A DNA stretch of 64,000 nt from Deltaproteobacteria bacterium (lineage in GTDB: Bacteria; Desulfobacterota; Desulfarculia; Desulfarculales; Desulfarculaceae), in contig JAJZPI010000004.1 of the NCBI GenBank assembly GCA_021811275.1, forward strand, positions 106-64,105, read 5' to 3'. The notes under the pieces were generated by a model. That model was not told the DNA's origin. It ran no database searches and saw only the letters and a list, made by a program, of their open reading frames with translations. Made by a program: the position numbers and the translations under genes. This document shows, one piece after another, positions 63,613 to 64,000 of this stretch (positions are counted from its first letter, which is position 1; every line of letters starts with the position of its first letter).

Positions 63613-64000
63613 ATGAACGTTCTGCAAGGTCTGGAAGAGCTGCGGGGCCGCCTGCCCAAGCCCGTGGTGACCATCGGCAATTTCGACGGGGTGCACCTGG
63701 GGCACCAGGCCCTGTTCGCCAAGGTTATCGAGCGGGCCCGGGCCATCGGGGGCACCTCCCTGGCCATGACCTTCGAGCCCCATCCCATGCGGGTGCTGCG
63801 GCCGGCGGTGAACCTGCCACTAATCACCCCCGTCACCCGCAAGCTGGCCCTGATCCAGGATTGCGGGGTGGAGGTGGTGCTCTGCGTGCGTTTCGATGAA
63901 AACTTGGCCCGGCTTTCGGCCGACGACTTCGTGGACAAGCTCCTGGTGGGCCGCCTGGGCGTGGCCGAGGTGGTGGTGGGCTACGACTTCGTCTTCGGCC
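63613..64000 (+). CDS. ribF: Bifunctional riboflavin kinase / FMN adenylyltransferase, 5' part (truncated by the window end)
   Basis: My own translation from the ATG at 63613 gives MNVLQGLEELRGRLPKPVVTIGNFDGVHLGHQALF...VVGYDFVFG. It is absent from the ORF track because no stop codon falls inside the window. Confidence 0.85.
   Translation, partial: MNVLQGLEELRGRLPKPVVTIGNFDGVHLGHQALFAKVIERARAIGGTSLAMTFEPHPMRVLRPAVNLPLITPVTRKLALIQDCGVEVVLCVRFDENLARLSADDFVDKLLVGRLGVAEVVVGYDFVFG

Overview
High-GC bacterial chromosomal segment. The gene content (MvhD-MetV-MetF, tungsten-type aldehyde:ferredoxin oxidoreductase, several sigma-54 activators, COG1900 homocysteine pathway) suggests an anaerobic Desulfobacterota/deltaproteobacterium-like organism; that placement is inference only. 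Layout: (i) 0.5-16.6 kb is a nitrogen-assimilation block. It holds an archaeal-type NrpR repressor homolog, divergent from nadE, a GATase, mvhD-metV-metF and a two-gene split glutamate synthase. A NifA-like sigma-54 activator follows, then two canonical -24/-12 promoters driving a TorF-like porin and a type I-alpha glutamine synthetase. (ii) 16.7-25.3 kb holds housekeeping and signalling genes (trmI, DUF1178, ClC channel, GAF histidine kinase, large GT39/TPR membrane protein). (iii) 25.5-37.2 kb lies on the minus strand: NIL-ferredoxin and COG1900 (sulfide-dependent homocysteine synthesis) under an Rrf2 regulator, then mnmA, smpB, ptsI, an in-frame RsmI-HPr reading frame, yraN, rnhB and the rplS-trmD-rimM-KH-rpsP-ffh cluster. 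(iv) 38.5-57.2 kb is a catabolic island behind a PAS sigma-54 activator and a -24/-12 promoter. It carries two complete Liv-type ABC transporters, an Fe-ADH, AOR, an SDR, an acyl-CoA ligase, a small Cys-rich ORF and a 4-hydroxybutyryl-CoA dehydratase-like enzyme. (v) 57.4-59.4 kb is an IS1595-family element with about 34-bp imperfect terminal inverted repeats and an AT-rich passenger gene. (vi) The rest holds HDOD and GAF proteins, tRNA-Glu(CTC), tRNA-Gln(CTG), a secreted metallophosphoesterase, tRNA-Leu(CAG) and the 5' part of ribF. The observations most worth follow-up are the hybrid NrpR / NifA-like nitrogen circuit with candidate operators, the MTHFR module nested in that operon next to an internally duplicated FeS-flavoprotein, a roughly 200-bp multi-hairpin dispersed repeat with compensatory base changes between its two copies, the IS1595 passenger gene, and the RsmI-HPr read-through. 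All family assignments come from reading the translations; no database search was run.
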